Assembly: GCA_964564825.1 (NCBI GenBank)
Contig: CAZMBN010000003.1
Location: forward strand, 12,052 to 76,051
Source: an uncultured Opitutales bacterium
GTDB taxonomy: Bacteria; Verrucomicrobiota; Verrucomicrobiia; Opitutales; Intestinicryptomonadaceae
Reading direction: 5' to 3'
Length of the DNA stretch: 64,000 nt
Below, one piece after another: positions 21,613-30,848 of this stretch (position 1 is its first letter; each line of letters begins with the position of its first letter). Both the position numbers and the translations under genes were made by a program. The notes under the pieces were generated by a model. That model was not told the DNA's origin. It saw only the letters and a list, made by a program, of their open reading frames with translations, and searched no databases.

Positions 21613-21703
21613 GGAGACCACTATGACAGATGGGAATCCGTTTTTGCAAGATTTTTGAAGCAAATCTTGAAAAAACCCGAATAGTGTGGATTTATAAACG
21701 CGC

Positions 21704-22930
21704 ATGAAAATAAAAGCTTTTAAGGCGCTTATACCCGCAAAGGAATTCGCAAAAGATATTGCAAGCCTTCCGTACGACGTGGTGAACTTCGAGCAGGCGC
21801 GAGAACAGGCGAAGGGTAATCCTATCAGTTTTATGAGGGTGGTGCGCTCCGAAATCGAGCTACCGGAAGGTACAGACCCTTATTCCCCCGAAGTTTACGC
21901 ACACGCAAAGGAGAATTTCCAAAAATTAGTGGCGGACGGAAAGCTCCTCAGGGAGAACGCCCCGGCGATGTACCTTTACAGACAACAGATGGGCGGGCAC
22001 TCGCAAACCGGGTTGGTGGCAACCTTCAGTGCGGAAGACTACGACTCCGACGTCATAAAGAAACACGAAAGAACACGGGCGGAAAAGGAAAACGACCGCT
22101 ACAACCTCACAAAAATACTGCGCGCCAATACGGGACCCGTATTTTTGACAGTGAGAAGCGGAACAAAACTCGACTTTATCGTCGAGGACGGTCAAAAGTC
22201 CGACCCGCTGTTCGATTTCGTATCCGGCGACGGGATACGCCACACGGTATGGAGAATTTCCGATCCCGCAAAAATATCCGAAATAGGGGAAATATTCGAC
22301 GCCATACCCTGTGCGTACGTCGCCGACGGACACCACAGGAGCGCCAGCAACGCCCGTTGCGCCCGGGATTTAAAAACAGCCAACCCCGCGCACACGGGAA
22401 ACGAGGATTACAATTGGTTTCTATCCGTGGTTTTCCCGTCCAACCAACTTAAAATACTACCCTACAACCGCGTGGTAAAAGACTTGGCGGGGCTGTCCAA
22501 AGACGAATTTTTGGGAAAAATCTCCGGAGTTTGCAAACTCGCCGCGAATGCGGAAAAATCCCCCTGCTCTCCGCGGAGAGTGTCCATGTATCTCGACGGG
22601 GAATGGTACGGTTTGGAATTTTGCAACATCGACGGCCTCGACGCGGTAAAGTCCCTCGACGTATCCCTGTTGCAGGATAGGATTCTATCTCCGATTCTCA
22701 AAATCGGAGATCCGCGCACGGACGGCCGTATAGATTTCGTGGGAGGAGTCAAAAGCGAAGACGCACTGGGAAAACTTGTCGACGGCGGGAAGTTTGCGGT
22801 TGCGTTTTCAATGTACCCCACGACCGTTTCGCAACTTATGAGTATCGCCGATGCGGGACAAATCATGCCACCGAAGAGCACATGGTTCGAACCCAAATTG
22901 CGTTCAGGACTTTTCGTCCACACTTTTTAA
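21704..22930 (+). CDS. DUF1015 family protein
   Basis: 408 aa. Start MKIKAFKALIP...LPYDVV and the family hallmark ADGHHR (YVADGHHRSAS). Confidence 0.85.
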   Translation: MKIKAFKALIPAKEFAKDIASLPYDVVNFEQAREQAKGNPISFMRVVRSEIELPEGTDPYSPEVYAHAKENFQKLVADGKLLRENAPAMYLYRQQMGGHSQTGLVATFSAEDYDSDVIKKHERTRAEKENDRYNLTKILRANTGPVFLTVRSGTKLDFIVEDGQKSDPLFDFVSGDGIRHTVWRISDPAKISEIGEIFDAIPCAYVADGHHRSASNARCARDLKTANPAHTGNEDYNWFLSVVFPSNQLKILPYNRVVKDLAGLSKDEFLGKISGVCKLAANAEKSPCSPRRVSMYLDGEWYGLEFCNIDGLDAVKSLDVSLLQDRILSPILKIGDPRTDGRIDFVGGVKSEDALGKLVDGGKFAVAFSMYPTTVSQLMSIADAGQIMPPKSTWFEPKLRSGLFVHTF

Positions 22931-22932
22931 AC

Positions 22933-24672
22933 ATGCCGTCCCCCTCCAAACCAGTCCTATTCCCCGTTCCGAAAAAAGTTTTGTGGGGGGACGGTTTTTT
23001 GAGACCTCAAGATGCGGATTTTAGCGTATCCAAAGACGGACTTCCCGTAGGGAAATCCGTCTTTGTCGAATATTCCGCAGAAATGGCGAACGACCAATCC
23101 TACGCCTTAAAAATTTGCGGCGATTCCATACGCATAAAATCGCGTTCGAACACGGGGATAAGGCTCGCCGTTCAAACATTGAAACAAATTGCCGTCCAAT
23201 CCGACGGACGCGGCATGCTCCGCGTGGAGATAAACGACTATCCCGATCTGCCGGTACGCGGGTTTATGTTGGATATCAGCAGATGCAAGGTCCCCACAAT
23301 GGAGGAATTATCACTGCTGGTGGACAGACTATCCCTGTTTAAATACAACAGACTGGAGCTTTATACGGAGCATACCTACGCTTTCCGCGGCCACGAACTT
23401 GTTTGGGCGGACGCATCCCCGATGACGGCGGGACAATATGCCGAACTCGGCAAAATGTGCAAAATCGCGGGCATAGAACTTGTCCCCAATATGAACGGAC
23501 TCGGACATATGGAAAGATGGCTCAGATACCCAAAGTACCAGTATTTGGCGGAAAGCAAGGCTCCGTTTACGGATCCGCTCGGGACCGTACGAGAATTTCC
23601 AACAACACTCCATCCGGACAAGAAAGCCCTAGAATTCATGGACTCTCTTTATTCCCAGTTCTTGCCGAATTTCGAGAGTTCAAACGTGAATATAGGCGGA
23701 GACGAGCCCTGGGAACTCGGGATGGGACGCAGCAGGAGGGCGTGCGCGGGCCTTAAATACGGCAAGTACTCCCTCTATATGAGGCACATTTTGGGGCTTA
23801 GGGACCTATGCAAAAAATACGGCAAAGACGTATGCTTCTGGGCCGACGTACTGATGCAGAAACCGGAGCTGTCCAAAATACTCCCGTCCGACGCAAGCAC
23901 AATCGTTTGGGGGTATTATCTCGACCATCCGTACGACGAACAATGTTCCCTTTTGTCCGGACTTGGAGTAAAATTTTTTACCGCCCCCGGAACAAGTACA
24001 TGGAACTCCTTCGGCTCCAGGTGGAACTGCGCGTTTGAAAACATTAAAACCGCGGCGGCGTGCGCCAAAAAGTACGGCGCGCGCGGTATGATATTGACCC
24101 AGTGGGGCGACGGGGGGAACCACCAGCCCTGGTGCGCGATGTATCCGGCAATTGCGCACGCGGCGGCGTGCGCATGGGGGGGCGCTCCCGACGAAGACGC
24201 TGTTTGCTCGGCCCTCGACAAATTCGTATTCCACGACAATACTGGGAAATTTTCTAGGTCGCTCTGCGTTCTCGGACGGGTCGATCCGTCCCTAAAACTC
24301 AAAAGCTTCCACCATGAAATATTTTTTGCCCCCGGCTGCGGGGTTGAAAAAATCATCGACGCCTATTCCAACCTGCAAATAAAAAAACTCGAGTCGACCC
24401 TGAATTCCGCCGCGGCGCTCGCGGGAAAATCGCGCCCAACGTCGAAGGATGCAAAGACATGCCTTTTGGAATCGGCGCTCGCGGTCGAGATGATAAAATT
24501 CGCCTTAAACAAGGCAAAGGGGGATTTTTATACCGAAACCCTCGGACAACAAGTGGCGCTAAAATTCATAGCGGCGGAGTACGAACGCGTTTGGCTTGCC
24601 CGGGCGAGACTCGGCGGGATGGGGGAATCAGTCCGAAGGGTACGCAACGTGAGACCGGACATATTTCCGTAA
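22933..24672 (+). CDS. GH20-family beta-N-acetylhexosaminidase-like protein, no signal peptide
   Basis: RGFMLDISRCKVP and the catalytic-pair motif NIGGDEPWE. ATG 22933 lies 2 nt after the DUF1015 stop. The alternative ATG 22882 would overlap that gene by 49 nt. Confidence 0.8.
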   Translation: MPSPSKPVLFPVPKKVLWGDGFLRPQDADFSVSKDGLPVGKSVFVEYSAEMANDQSYALKICGDSIRIKSRSNTGIRLAVQTLKQIAVQSDGRGMLRVEINDYPDLPVRGFMLDISRCKVPTMEELSLLVDRLSLFKYNRLELYTEHTYAFRGHELVWADASPMTAGQYAELGKMCKIAGIELVPNMNGLGHMERWLRYPKYQYLAESKAPFTDPLGTVREFPTTLHPDKKALEFMDSLYSQFLPNFESSNVNIGGDEPWELGMGRSRRACAGLKYGKYSLYMRHILGLRDLCKKYGKDVCFWADVLMQKPELSKILPSDASTIVWGYYLDHPYDEQCSLLSGLGVKFFTAPGTSTWNSFGSRWNCAFENIKTAAACAKKYGARGMILTQWGDGGNHQPWCAMYPAIAHAAACAWGGAPDEDAVCSALDKFVFHDNTGKFSRSLCVLGRVDPSLKLKSFHHEIFFAPGCGVEKIIDAYSNLQIKKLESTLNSAAALAGKSRPTSKDAKTCLLESALAVEMIKFALNKAKGDFYTETLGQQVALKFIAAEYERVWLARARLGGMGESVRRVRNVRPDIFP

Positions 24673-24678
24673 CGCATT

Positions 24679-25173
24679 ATGCTGAAAATACGAAAAGCGA
24701 CACTGGACGACATAGGGCTGATAAATTCGCTCGCACGGGAGGCGTTTCCGGCGACCTATAAAAACATATTATCGCCGTCGCAGATAGAATACATGATGGA
24801 ATGGATGTACTCGCCCCGCAGCCTGGAATCCCAAATAAACGGAACGCACACATATTTCCTGGCGTATAAGGAAGGTAAAGCCTGCGGCTACGTATCCGTG
24901 GAAAACGAGGGTAACGGACGTTTCCATCTGCAGAAAATTTACGTACTGCCCGGATATCAAGGTAAAGGAATCGGGGTTTCCCTCTTTGAAACGGCGGAAA
25001 AATTCGCAAAAGAAAACCATCCCGCCCCCAGAACCATGAGGCTAAACGTAAATAGAAACAATTCCGCAATAGGATTTTATAAAAAAATGGGCATGTACAA
25101 GGTGGACGAGGGCGATTTCGACATAGGCAACGGCTTTTTTATGAACGATTACATTATGGAAATTAAGCTGTGA
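24679..25173 (+). CDS. GNAT-family N-acetyltransferase
   Basis: 164 aa. Acetyl-CoA motif YQGKGIGVSLF. The start is 6 nt after the GH20 stop. Confidence 0.85.
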   Translation: MLKIRKATLDDIGLINSLAREAFPATYKNILSPSQIEYMMEWMYSPRSLESQINGTHTYFLAYKEGKACGYVSVENEGNGRFHLQKIYVLPGYQGKGIGVSLFETAEKFAKENHPAPRTMRLNVNRNNSAIGFYKKMGMYKVDEGDFDIGNGFFMNDYIMEIKL

Positions 25174-25256
25174 TCTTATTCCTCACGGGATTGAATATTT
25201 CAAAAATACGGCTTAAACGTCCGCGTGCGTACAACACGGTCTGCGTAAAATCTTTC

Positions 25257-25283
25257 CTCGTAACAGGTAAAACGAGTTTTTTT
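25257..25283 (+). terminator. Putative terminator after GNAT gene
   Basis: CTCGT-aacaggtaaa-ACGAG followed by T7. The stem is short (5 bp). Confidence 0.4.
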
Positions 25284-25418
25284 ACTTGATTTAAACGGAC
25301 AAATCCATTTCCTGTCGTAGCTCTATCGTAAGCGCATGGTGCGTTTGCTAAACATTAAACTCAAAACAGAAAGTCATATCCCAGGTTCGCAAAAATGCGG
25401 ATACGGAGCCAGAACCAC

Positions 25419-26156
25419 ATGAATATTACCGTAAAAGATCTCCTCGACGCCAGAGTGCATTTCGGACACCAGACCCGCCGTTGGAATCCAAAATCGAAAC
25501 CGTATGTCTACGCCCACCGTTCGGGCGTTTCGATAATAGACTTGGAAAAAACATACGCGCTGCTTGAAAAGGCCGCCGCTTTTGTGGAGGAAGTCGCGGC
25601 TTCCGGCAAAGATGTGTTTTTTATAGGGACAAAACGCCAAGCCAAGGAAATACTGCACGAGGCCGCGGATGCGTGCGGAATGCCGTTTTGCGTAAACCGG
25701 TGGCTTGGTGGGACCCTCACAAACTTCGAAACCATTCTTACAAGCCTCAAAAAATACAAAAGGTTCGCCGCCATGGAGGAATCCGGCGAGCTCGAAAAAC
25801 TCCACGCGAAAGAGGCCGCCGCTATACGCCGCGAAAAGGGAAGAATGGATCGTAATTTCGAGGGCATAAAAAATATATCCAAATTGCCCGGGGCGGCTTT
25901 CATTGTGGATATAAAAAACGAGGAGATAGCGGTTTCAGAATGCCGCAAGCTCGGGATCCCAATCGTAGCCGTGGTCGACACAAATTCCGATCCCACCCTC
26001 GTGGACTACCCGATACCCGCAAACGACGACGCCGTAAAAAGTATTAGACTCATAACCGAGATAATAGTCGAATCGGTACAAAACGGCGTCGCCCGCCGTG
26101 CCGCAAAGATGGCAGTACCGGAGATAGTGACCCCCGCGGAAACGCCGGAACAATAA
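25419..26156 (+). CDS. rpsB: 30S ribosomal protein S2
   Basis: 245 aa from ATG 25419 (MNITVKDLLDARVHFGHQTRRWNPK). GGAG lies upstream. Confidence 0.95.
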   Translation: MNITVKDLLDARVHFGHQTRRWNPKSKPYVYAHRSGVSIIDLEKTYALLEKAAAFVEEVAASGKDVFFIGTKRQAKEILHEAADACGMPFCVNRWLGGTLTNFETILTSLKKYKRFAAMEESGELEKLHAKEAAAIRREKGRMDRNFEGIKNISKLPGAAFIVDIKNEEIAVSECRKLGIPIVAVVDTNSDPTLVDYPIPANDDAVKSIRLITEIIVESVQNGVARRAAKMAVPEIVTPAETPEQ

Positions 26157-26175
26157 AGACAGGAGGACTCTAAAG

Positions 26176-26763
26176 ATGGAAATTACAGCACAGATGGTGG
26201 GAAACTTGCGCGCGCGCACGGGCGCGGGCGTGGTGGACTGCAAGAAGGCCCTTGCGGAAGCCAATGGGGACGAAAACGCCGCCGTGGAAATTCTGCGGGT
26301 AAAAGGGGTAGCCATAGCCGCGAAAAAAGCCGGCCGCAACGCCTCCCAGGGAATTGTGGCGTCCTATGTGCATTCGAACGACAGAATCGGAGTTTTAATC
26401 GAGGTGGCGTGCGAATCCGACTTCGTCGCGAAAAACGAGGATTTCAAGGCGTTTGTCCGCGACTTATGCATGCATATAGCGGCCGCGGATCCCATTTGCA
26501 TATCAAAACAGGACGTTCCCGCAGAACTTATAGAAAAGGAGCGCGCCATAGCCATGGAACAACTCTCGGGCGATAAAAAACCGGAGGAAATCAAAAAGAA
26601 GATTGTCGAAGGAAAGATTGCGAAATACATTTCGGGTCTCGCGCTGCTGTCGCAACCTTTTGTAAAAAACGATTCCATGACGGTGGGTGACGCCATTACC
26701 CAAAAGATCGCCACCATAGGCGAAAAAATCGAGGTAAAACGCTTTACGCGCTACCAGGTATAG
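26176..26763 (+). CDS. tsf: Elongation factor Ts (short form)
   Basis: 195 aa. MEITAQMVGNLRARTGAGVVDCKKAL. A strong SD (AGGAGG) lies upstream. Confidence 0.95.
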   Translation: MEITAQMVGNLRARTGAGVVDCKKALAEANGDENAAVEILRVKGVAIAAKKAGRNASQGIVASYVHSNDRIGVLIEVACESDFVAKNEDFKAFVRDLCMHIAAADPICISKQDVPAELIEKERAIAMEQLSGDKKPEEIKKKIVEGKIAKYISGLALLSQPFVKNDSMTVGDAITQKIATIGEKIEVKRFTRYQV

Positions 26764-26784
26764 GGGTGGACGCCGCGAGGAAAA

Positions 26785-26812
26785 GCGTTCCCAGAATGCG
26801 GGGGCGCTTTTT
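26785..26812 (+). terminator. Rho-independent terminator after tsf
   Basis: GCGTTCCC-agaatgc-GGGGGCGC (8 bp including two G-U pairs) followed by TTTTTGTGTTT. Confidence 0.7.
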
Positions 26813-26833
26813 GTGTTTCGGCGCGTTGACCAA

Positions 26834-27466
26834 ATGAAAAATGCGGTAATATTCGATTTCGACGGAACCATAGGGGAAACCATACCGTTGGCGTTGGAGG
26901 CGCTGAAATCGGCGTGCGCGCACTGCGGGATAAGACGGCCGTCGAGGGAGGAGCTTTTTGCGATATTCGGTCCATCCGAACGGGGGATATCGCGCATTCT
27001 GTATCCCGAGGACCCCGACGAATTCTTTGAGGCGTATTTAACCGAATACGAGAAACTGCACGACAAAATTTCCCCAGCTCCGTTCGAGGGAATTCCGGAA
27101 ATCATAGACAAGCTCTCGTCGCGGGGCGCTAGGGTGGGAATAATAACGGGGAAAAGCAGGGAAAGCCTGGATATATCCCTAAAAAAGTACGGAATTAGGG
27201 TCGACGTCTCAATGAGCGGGGGGATAAACGGCTCGATAAAGCCGGCGTGTATGCAAAAGATGCTTAATCTTTGGAAGATGTCCCCGTCGGATGTGATCTA
27301 CGTGGGGGACGCCGTAGGCGATGTCCTGGATTCGCGCAAGGTCGGCATATATCCCATATCGGCAAGATGGTCGCGCTTCGCCGCAAGCGCGAAAGAACTT
27401 AAAAACGCGGGCCAGGAAATTTGTTTCGACAAGGTTTCGGATTTCTCGGACTGGCTCGACTCTTAA
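26834..27466 (+). CDS. HAD-superfamily hydrolase (phosphoglycolate-phosphatase-like)
   Basis: 210 aa from ATG 26834. Motif I is VIFDFDGTIGET. The GTG 26813 start in the track sits inside the tsf terminator T-run. Confidence 0.8.
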   Translation: MKNAVIFDFDGTIGETIPLALEALKSACAHCGIRRPSREELFAIFGPSERGISRILYPEDPDEFFEAYLTEYEKLHDKISPAPFEGIPEIIDKLSSRGARVGIITGKSRESLDISLKKYGIRVDVSMSGGINGSIKPACMQKMLNLWKMSPSDVIYVGDAVGDVLDSRKVGIYPISARWSRFAASAKELKNAGQEICFDKVSDFSDWLDS

Positions 27467-27496
27467 GGAAAGTCTTTTAGTCGGCGTTGCCCATAT

Positions 27497-27522
27497 CCCC
27501 GGCGGGTTGTTCCGGGGCTTTT
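27497..27522 (+). terminator. Rho-independent terminator after HAD gene
   Basis: CCCCGG-cgggttgtt-CCGGGG followed by CTTTTGG. Confidence 0.55.
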
Positions 27523-27562
27523 GGCTTGCCAATGCGCGAGCTGAAACACAATATCCCCCCCT

Positions 27563-28318
27563 ATGGAAAACGAAAGTGGAAATGCATACACGCGCGCGGA
27601 CGGACGCAAATCCGACGTGCTTCGTCCCATAATTTTTAAAACGGGAATAGCCCCGAACGCGGCGGGTTCGGTCCTTGTGTCGTTCGGGGAAACCCGGGTG
27701 ATATGTGCATGCACGGCGGAGAAGAAGATCCCCTCATGGATGAACACCGCCGAGAAATCGAAGGGTTGGATAAGTGCAGAGTACTCCATGCTTCCCTACT
27801 CCACCCCACAAAGAAAACAACGTGCGCAAAACTCTGGGAAACCCGACGGCCGCTCGGTCGAAATCCAAAGACTCATAGGCAGATCGATGCGTGCCGTGGC
27901 GGATTTGGAAAAAATACCGGGCTATACGCTGTGGATAGACAACGACGTCCTCCAGGCGGACGGTGGAACGCGCACCGCGTCGATAAGCGGAGCGTATGTG
28001 GCGGCGAAAATCGCGGTAAAAAAACTTCTGGCGGCGAAGGAAATACAATCCGATCCTTTTTTCGACAGTGTCGCCGCCGTCAGCGTCGGGATGCTCGGCG
28101 GAACCGCGCTCCTCGACCTTCCGTACGAGGAGGACAAAAACGCCGACGTCGATGCAAACATAGTAATGACGGGATCCGGCAAATTTGTGGAATTGCAACT
28201 CGCGGGGGAAGAGTCCTGCTTCGACGATTCCCAACTTCAACAAATGATAAACCTTGCAAAAAAAGCCATACCCGAAATATCGGCTCTTCAGACAAAGGCC
28301 GTCGAAGACGCGGAATAA
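27563..28318 (+). CDS. rph: Ribonuclease PH
   Basis: 251 aa. RADGRKSDVLRPI...AAGSVLVSFGETRVICA. Confidence 0.93.
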   Translation: MENESGNAYTRADGRKSDVLRPIIFKTGIAPNAAGSVLVSFGETRVICACTAEKKIPSWMNTAEKSKGWISAEYSMLPYSTPQRKQRAQNSGKPDGRSVEIQRLIGRSMRAVADLEKIPGYTLWIDNDVLQADGGTRTASISGAYVAAKIAVKKLLAAKEIQSDPFFDSVAAVSVGMLGGTALLDLPYEEDKNADVDANIVMTGSGKFVELQLAGEESCFDDSQLQQMINLAKKAIPEISALQTKAVEDAE

Positions 28319-28417
28319 CGCGGACATCCCGGTATCCCATGAATACCGCGCGGCGGAGACATTGAAACTCCGCAAAGATTGCCCGGTTTGAATACGGGAT
28401 AAAATCCAAGAAGCGCC

Positions 28418-28447
28418 TTGACACGATCCGCCGCCGCGTCGGATAAT
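28418..28447 (+). promoter_or_regulatory. Sigma70-like promoter for the ADP-ribosylglycohydrolase gene
   Basis: TTGACA (28418-28423), 18-nt spacer, GATAAT (28442-28447). SD GGAAGGGCGGAG lies just before ATG 28477. Confidence 0.45.
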
Positions 28448-28476
28448 ACCGGCGGTTTTTAAGGAAGGGCGGAGTA

Positions 28477-29298
28477 ATGGTCGGAGCTGTTATCGGCGAT
28501 ATTGTGGGATCCCGTTTCGAGTGGGACAATGTCAAATCGAAGGACTTTGATTTATTTACCGACGAATGTTCCTTTACGGACGATTCCGTAATGTCGTTGG
28601 CCCTGTGCGATGCCCTTATGCGGTGCAAGACCAATTACGCGGACCTAAGCGAACAGGCGGTGCAATCCATGCAGACAATCGGACGCTCTTATTCCCATTG
28701 CGGATACGGCAGTCTCTTCTACGATTGGATCCATTCCAACAACCCCCGTCCCTACAATAGTTTCGGAAACGGCGCCGCAATGAGGGTAAGCGGTTGCGGC
28801 TATGCCGGACGGTCGGTCAACGAGGTAAAAAAACTTTCAAAGGCGGTTACCGGAATCACTCACAACCACCCCGAAGGGATAAAGGGTGCCGAGGCGACGG
28901 CCGTCGCGATATTCCTCGCCAGAACCGGCAAAAATACGGCGGAGATTCGGAACTATATTGAAAAAAACTACTACCCGTTGAAGTTCACGCTCGACGAAAT
29001 TCGTCCGAAATACGCCTTCAACTCGTCCTGCCAAAATACGGTTCCCCAGGCGCTGGAGGCGTTCCTCGAATCGACGAGTTTCGAAGACGCGCTGAGGAAC
29101 GCCGTTTCAATCGGCGGGGACAGCGACACCCTCGCGGCCATCGCCTGCTCCGTCGCGGAGACCTATTACGGGGTTCCGGAAAACATAAGAAAACAAGCCG
29201 AAGCTTTCCTAGATAAAAGACTTCTCAAGATATTGAGGGATTTCGAAAACAAGTATCCGCCGGAACCGGAAAAGAAACTACGCCAGGCGGCCGGATAG
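28477..29298 (+). CDS. ADP-ribosylglycohydrolase family protein (DraG/ARH fold)
   Basis: 273 aa. N-terminal GAVIGDIVGSRFE and C-terminal metal-site motif GGDSDTLAAIA. It has its own promoter and SD. The 3' end overlaps convergent miaB by 21 nt. Confidence 0.85.
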   Translation: MVGAVIGDIVGSRFEWDNVKSKDFDLFTDECSFTDDSVMSLALCDALMRCKTNYADLSEQAVQSMQTIGRSYSHCGYGSLFYDWIHSNNPRPYNSFGNGAAMRVSGCGYAGRSVNEVKKLSKAVTGITHNHPEGIKGAEATAVAIFLARTGKNTAEIRNYIEKNYYPLKFTLDEIRPKYAFNSSCQNTVPQALEAFLESTSFEDALRNAVSIGGDSDTLAAIACSVAETYYGVPENIRKQAEAFLDKRLLKILRDFENKYPPEPEKKLRQAAG

Positions 29299-30657
29299 GG
29301 CAGAAACACCGGCGCCGGTGATTTTGACGCCCACGATTTGTCCTTTCAGTTCTTCCGCCCCCTCGAAGACGACTTTCCTGTGGGTTCTTGTACGCCCCGT
29401 CATCATACCGTCCCCGCGTTTTGCCGGCCCCTCCACAAGTACCGGCTCGGTCCGTCCGATAAACGCGTCGTTAAACCGCTTGGACTGTGTCCCGAGCTCG
29501 CGGAGCAACTCGCCGTTGCGGTACTCCTTCACGTCGTCCGGGACATCGTCGGCGGTTTCGGCGCTCCGGGTCCCCGCCCTCGGACTATACTTAAATATAT
29601 ACGCCATGTCGAAAGCCGCCGCCTTGAAGCACCCGCGGGTCGCCTCGAAGTCGGCGTCGGTTTCGCCAGGATAGCCCACTATCACGTCGGTGGAAATCGA
29701 TATGTCCGGCGCGCGGGAACGCAATCTCCCTATAATGTCCATGAACTTTGCGCTCGTGTACGGTCTGTTCATCGCCTTTAAGATCCTGTCGCTTCCCGAT
29801 TGCACGGGTATATGGACGTATTCGCACAATTTTTCAAGGGAGCCGTAGGCGTCTATCAAATCCGGAGTAAAAAACGCCGGATGGGGCGATGTAAAACGTA
29901 TCCGTTCCAAACCGTCCATATCGTTGAGCATTTTCAGCAGGGACACGAAATCCGCCGAGCCTCCACCGGCGCCGGAGTAGGCGTTAACAACTTGTCCGAG
30001 CAGCGTAACCTCCTTCACTCCGCGTTCGCACAACCCTCTTACCTCCGATATTACGTCACCCGGGGGACGGGAGCGCTGGACCCCCCTCACCTTGGGGACT
30101 ATACAATAGGAACAGTTCATGCAGCACCCCTGCATTATCGAAACGAACGCGCATACGCCGGACTCCCTGCGCAAATCGTGCATGTTTACGCGCAAATACG
30201 ATTCGCCGTCGTCGGATACGTCGACCCTGGCCGTACTGTACCGCCTCTTGTTGGATACCGTGCGCGGAATAAAAGGCGGAGTTTCGCCCGATTTACGCTC
30301 CCTCCATACGTCGATGGAAACGTCCGCCACCATGTGGGTTTTATGCGATCCCAAAACAAAATCCAATTGGGGGAGGATATCCAAAATCGATTCCCCCATA
30401 TTTTGGGCCATGCAACCCGTAAGACCTATCACCGGGAACAAAGATTTTCTGCCGCGGCGTTCGTCTATCAGGTGGCCGAGTTTTCCCACCGCCTTCTGTT
30501 CCGCCTGCTCCCTTACAGAACAGGTGTTTACAACGGCTATGTCGGCAATAGACCAATCGTCGACCATTTCGCAACCGCGCGCCATAAAATCAGCGGCTAT
30601 GTGGTCGGAATCGCGTTCGTTCATCTGGCAGCCGTATGTGCGTAGATAGACTTTCAT
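29278..30657 (-). CDS. miaB: tRNA-i6A37 methylthiotransferase MiaB
   Basis: 459 aa. N-terminal YGCQMN...NTCSVRE cluster, radical-SAM CCMNCSYC, and a C-terminal TRAM domain. Confidence 0.92.
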   Translation of the reverse strand: MKVYLRTYGCQMNERDSDHIAADFMARGCEMVDDWSIADIAVVNTCSVREQAEQKAVGKLGHLIDERRGRKSLFPVIGLTGCMAQNMGESILDILPQLDFVLGSHKTHMVADVSIDVWRERKSGETPPFIPRTVSNKRRYSTARVDVSDDGESYLRVNMHDLRRESGVCAFVSIMQGCCMNCSYCIVPKVRGVQRSRPPGDVISEVRGLCERGVKEVTLLGQVVNAYSGAGGGSADFVSLLKMLNDMDGLERIRFTSPHPAFFTPDLIDAYGSLEKLCEYVHIPVQSGSDRILKAMNRPYTSAKFMDIIGRLRSRAPDISISTDVIVGYPGETDADFEATRGCFKAAAFDMAYIFKYSPRAGTRSAETADDVPDDVKEYRNGELLRELGTQSKRFNDAFIGRTEPVLVEGPAKRGDGMMTGRTRTHRKVVFEGAEELKGQIVGVKITGAGVSALSGRLA

Positions 30658-30794
30658 GTTAAAAAACCACTTGAAGGCGGCCGGTATTTGGGGCTACACT
30701 CGTCCCAGTTGCGCTTGTCGTGCGAAATTTTTCCACTTTCGGCTTAAAGTGAAAGCCTAAAAAAAGCAAAATACAATCCGGGTCGTTATATTTA

Positions 30795-30823
30795 TTGATA
30801 AAGGAATAAAAATACAGCATACT
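30795..30823 (+). promoter_or_regulatory. Possible promoter for the carboxyltransferase gene
   Basis: TTGATA, 17-nt spacer, CATACT, in an AT-rich divergent intergenic region. Confidence 0.35.
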
Positions 30824-30848
30824 CTGCGGTGAAAAACGAATAATAGGA

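Noticed and set aside
30710-30770. Overlapping alternative hairpins (CACTTT-cggctt-AAAGTG versus GGCTT-aaagtga-AAGCC) in the miaB / carboxyltransferase divergent region, considered as a riboswitch-like switch.
   Set aside because: The stems are only 5-6 bp and AU-rich, match no known riboswitch class that I recognise, and lie upstream of the candidate promoter for the plus-strand gene.
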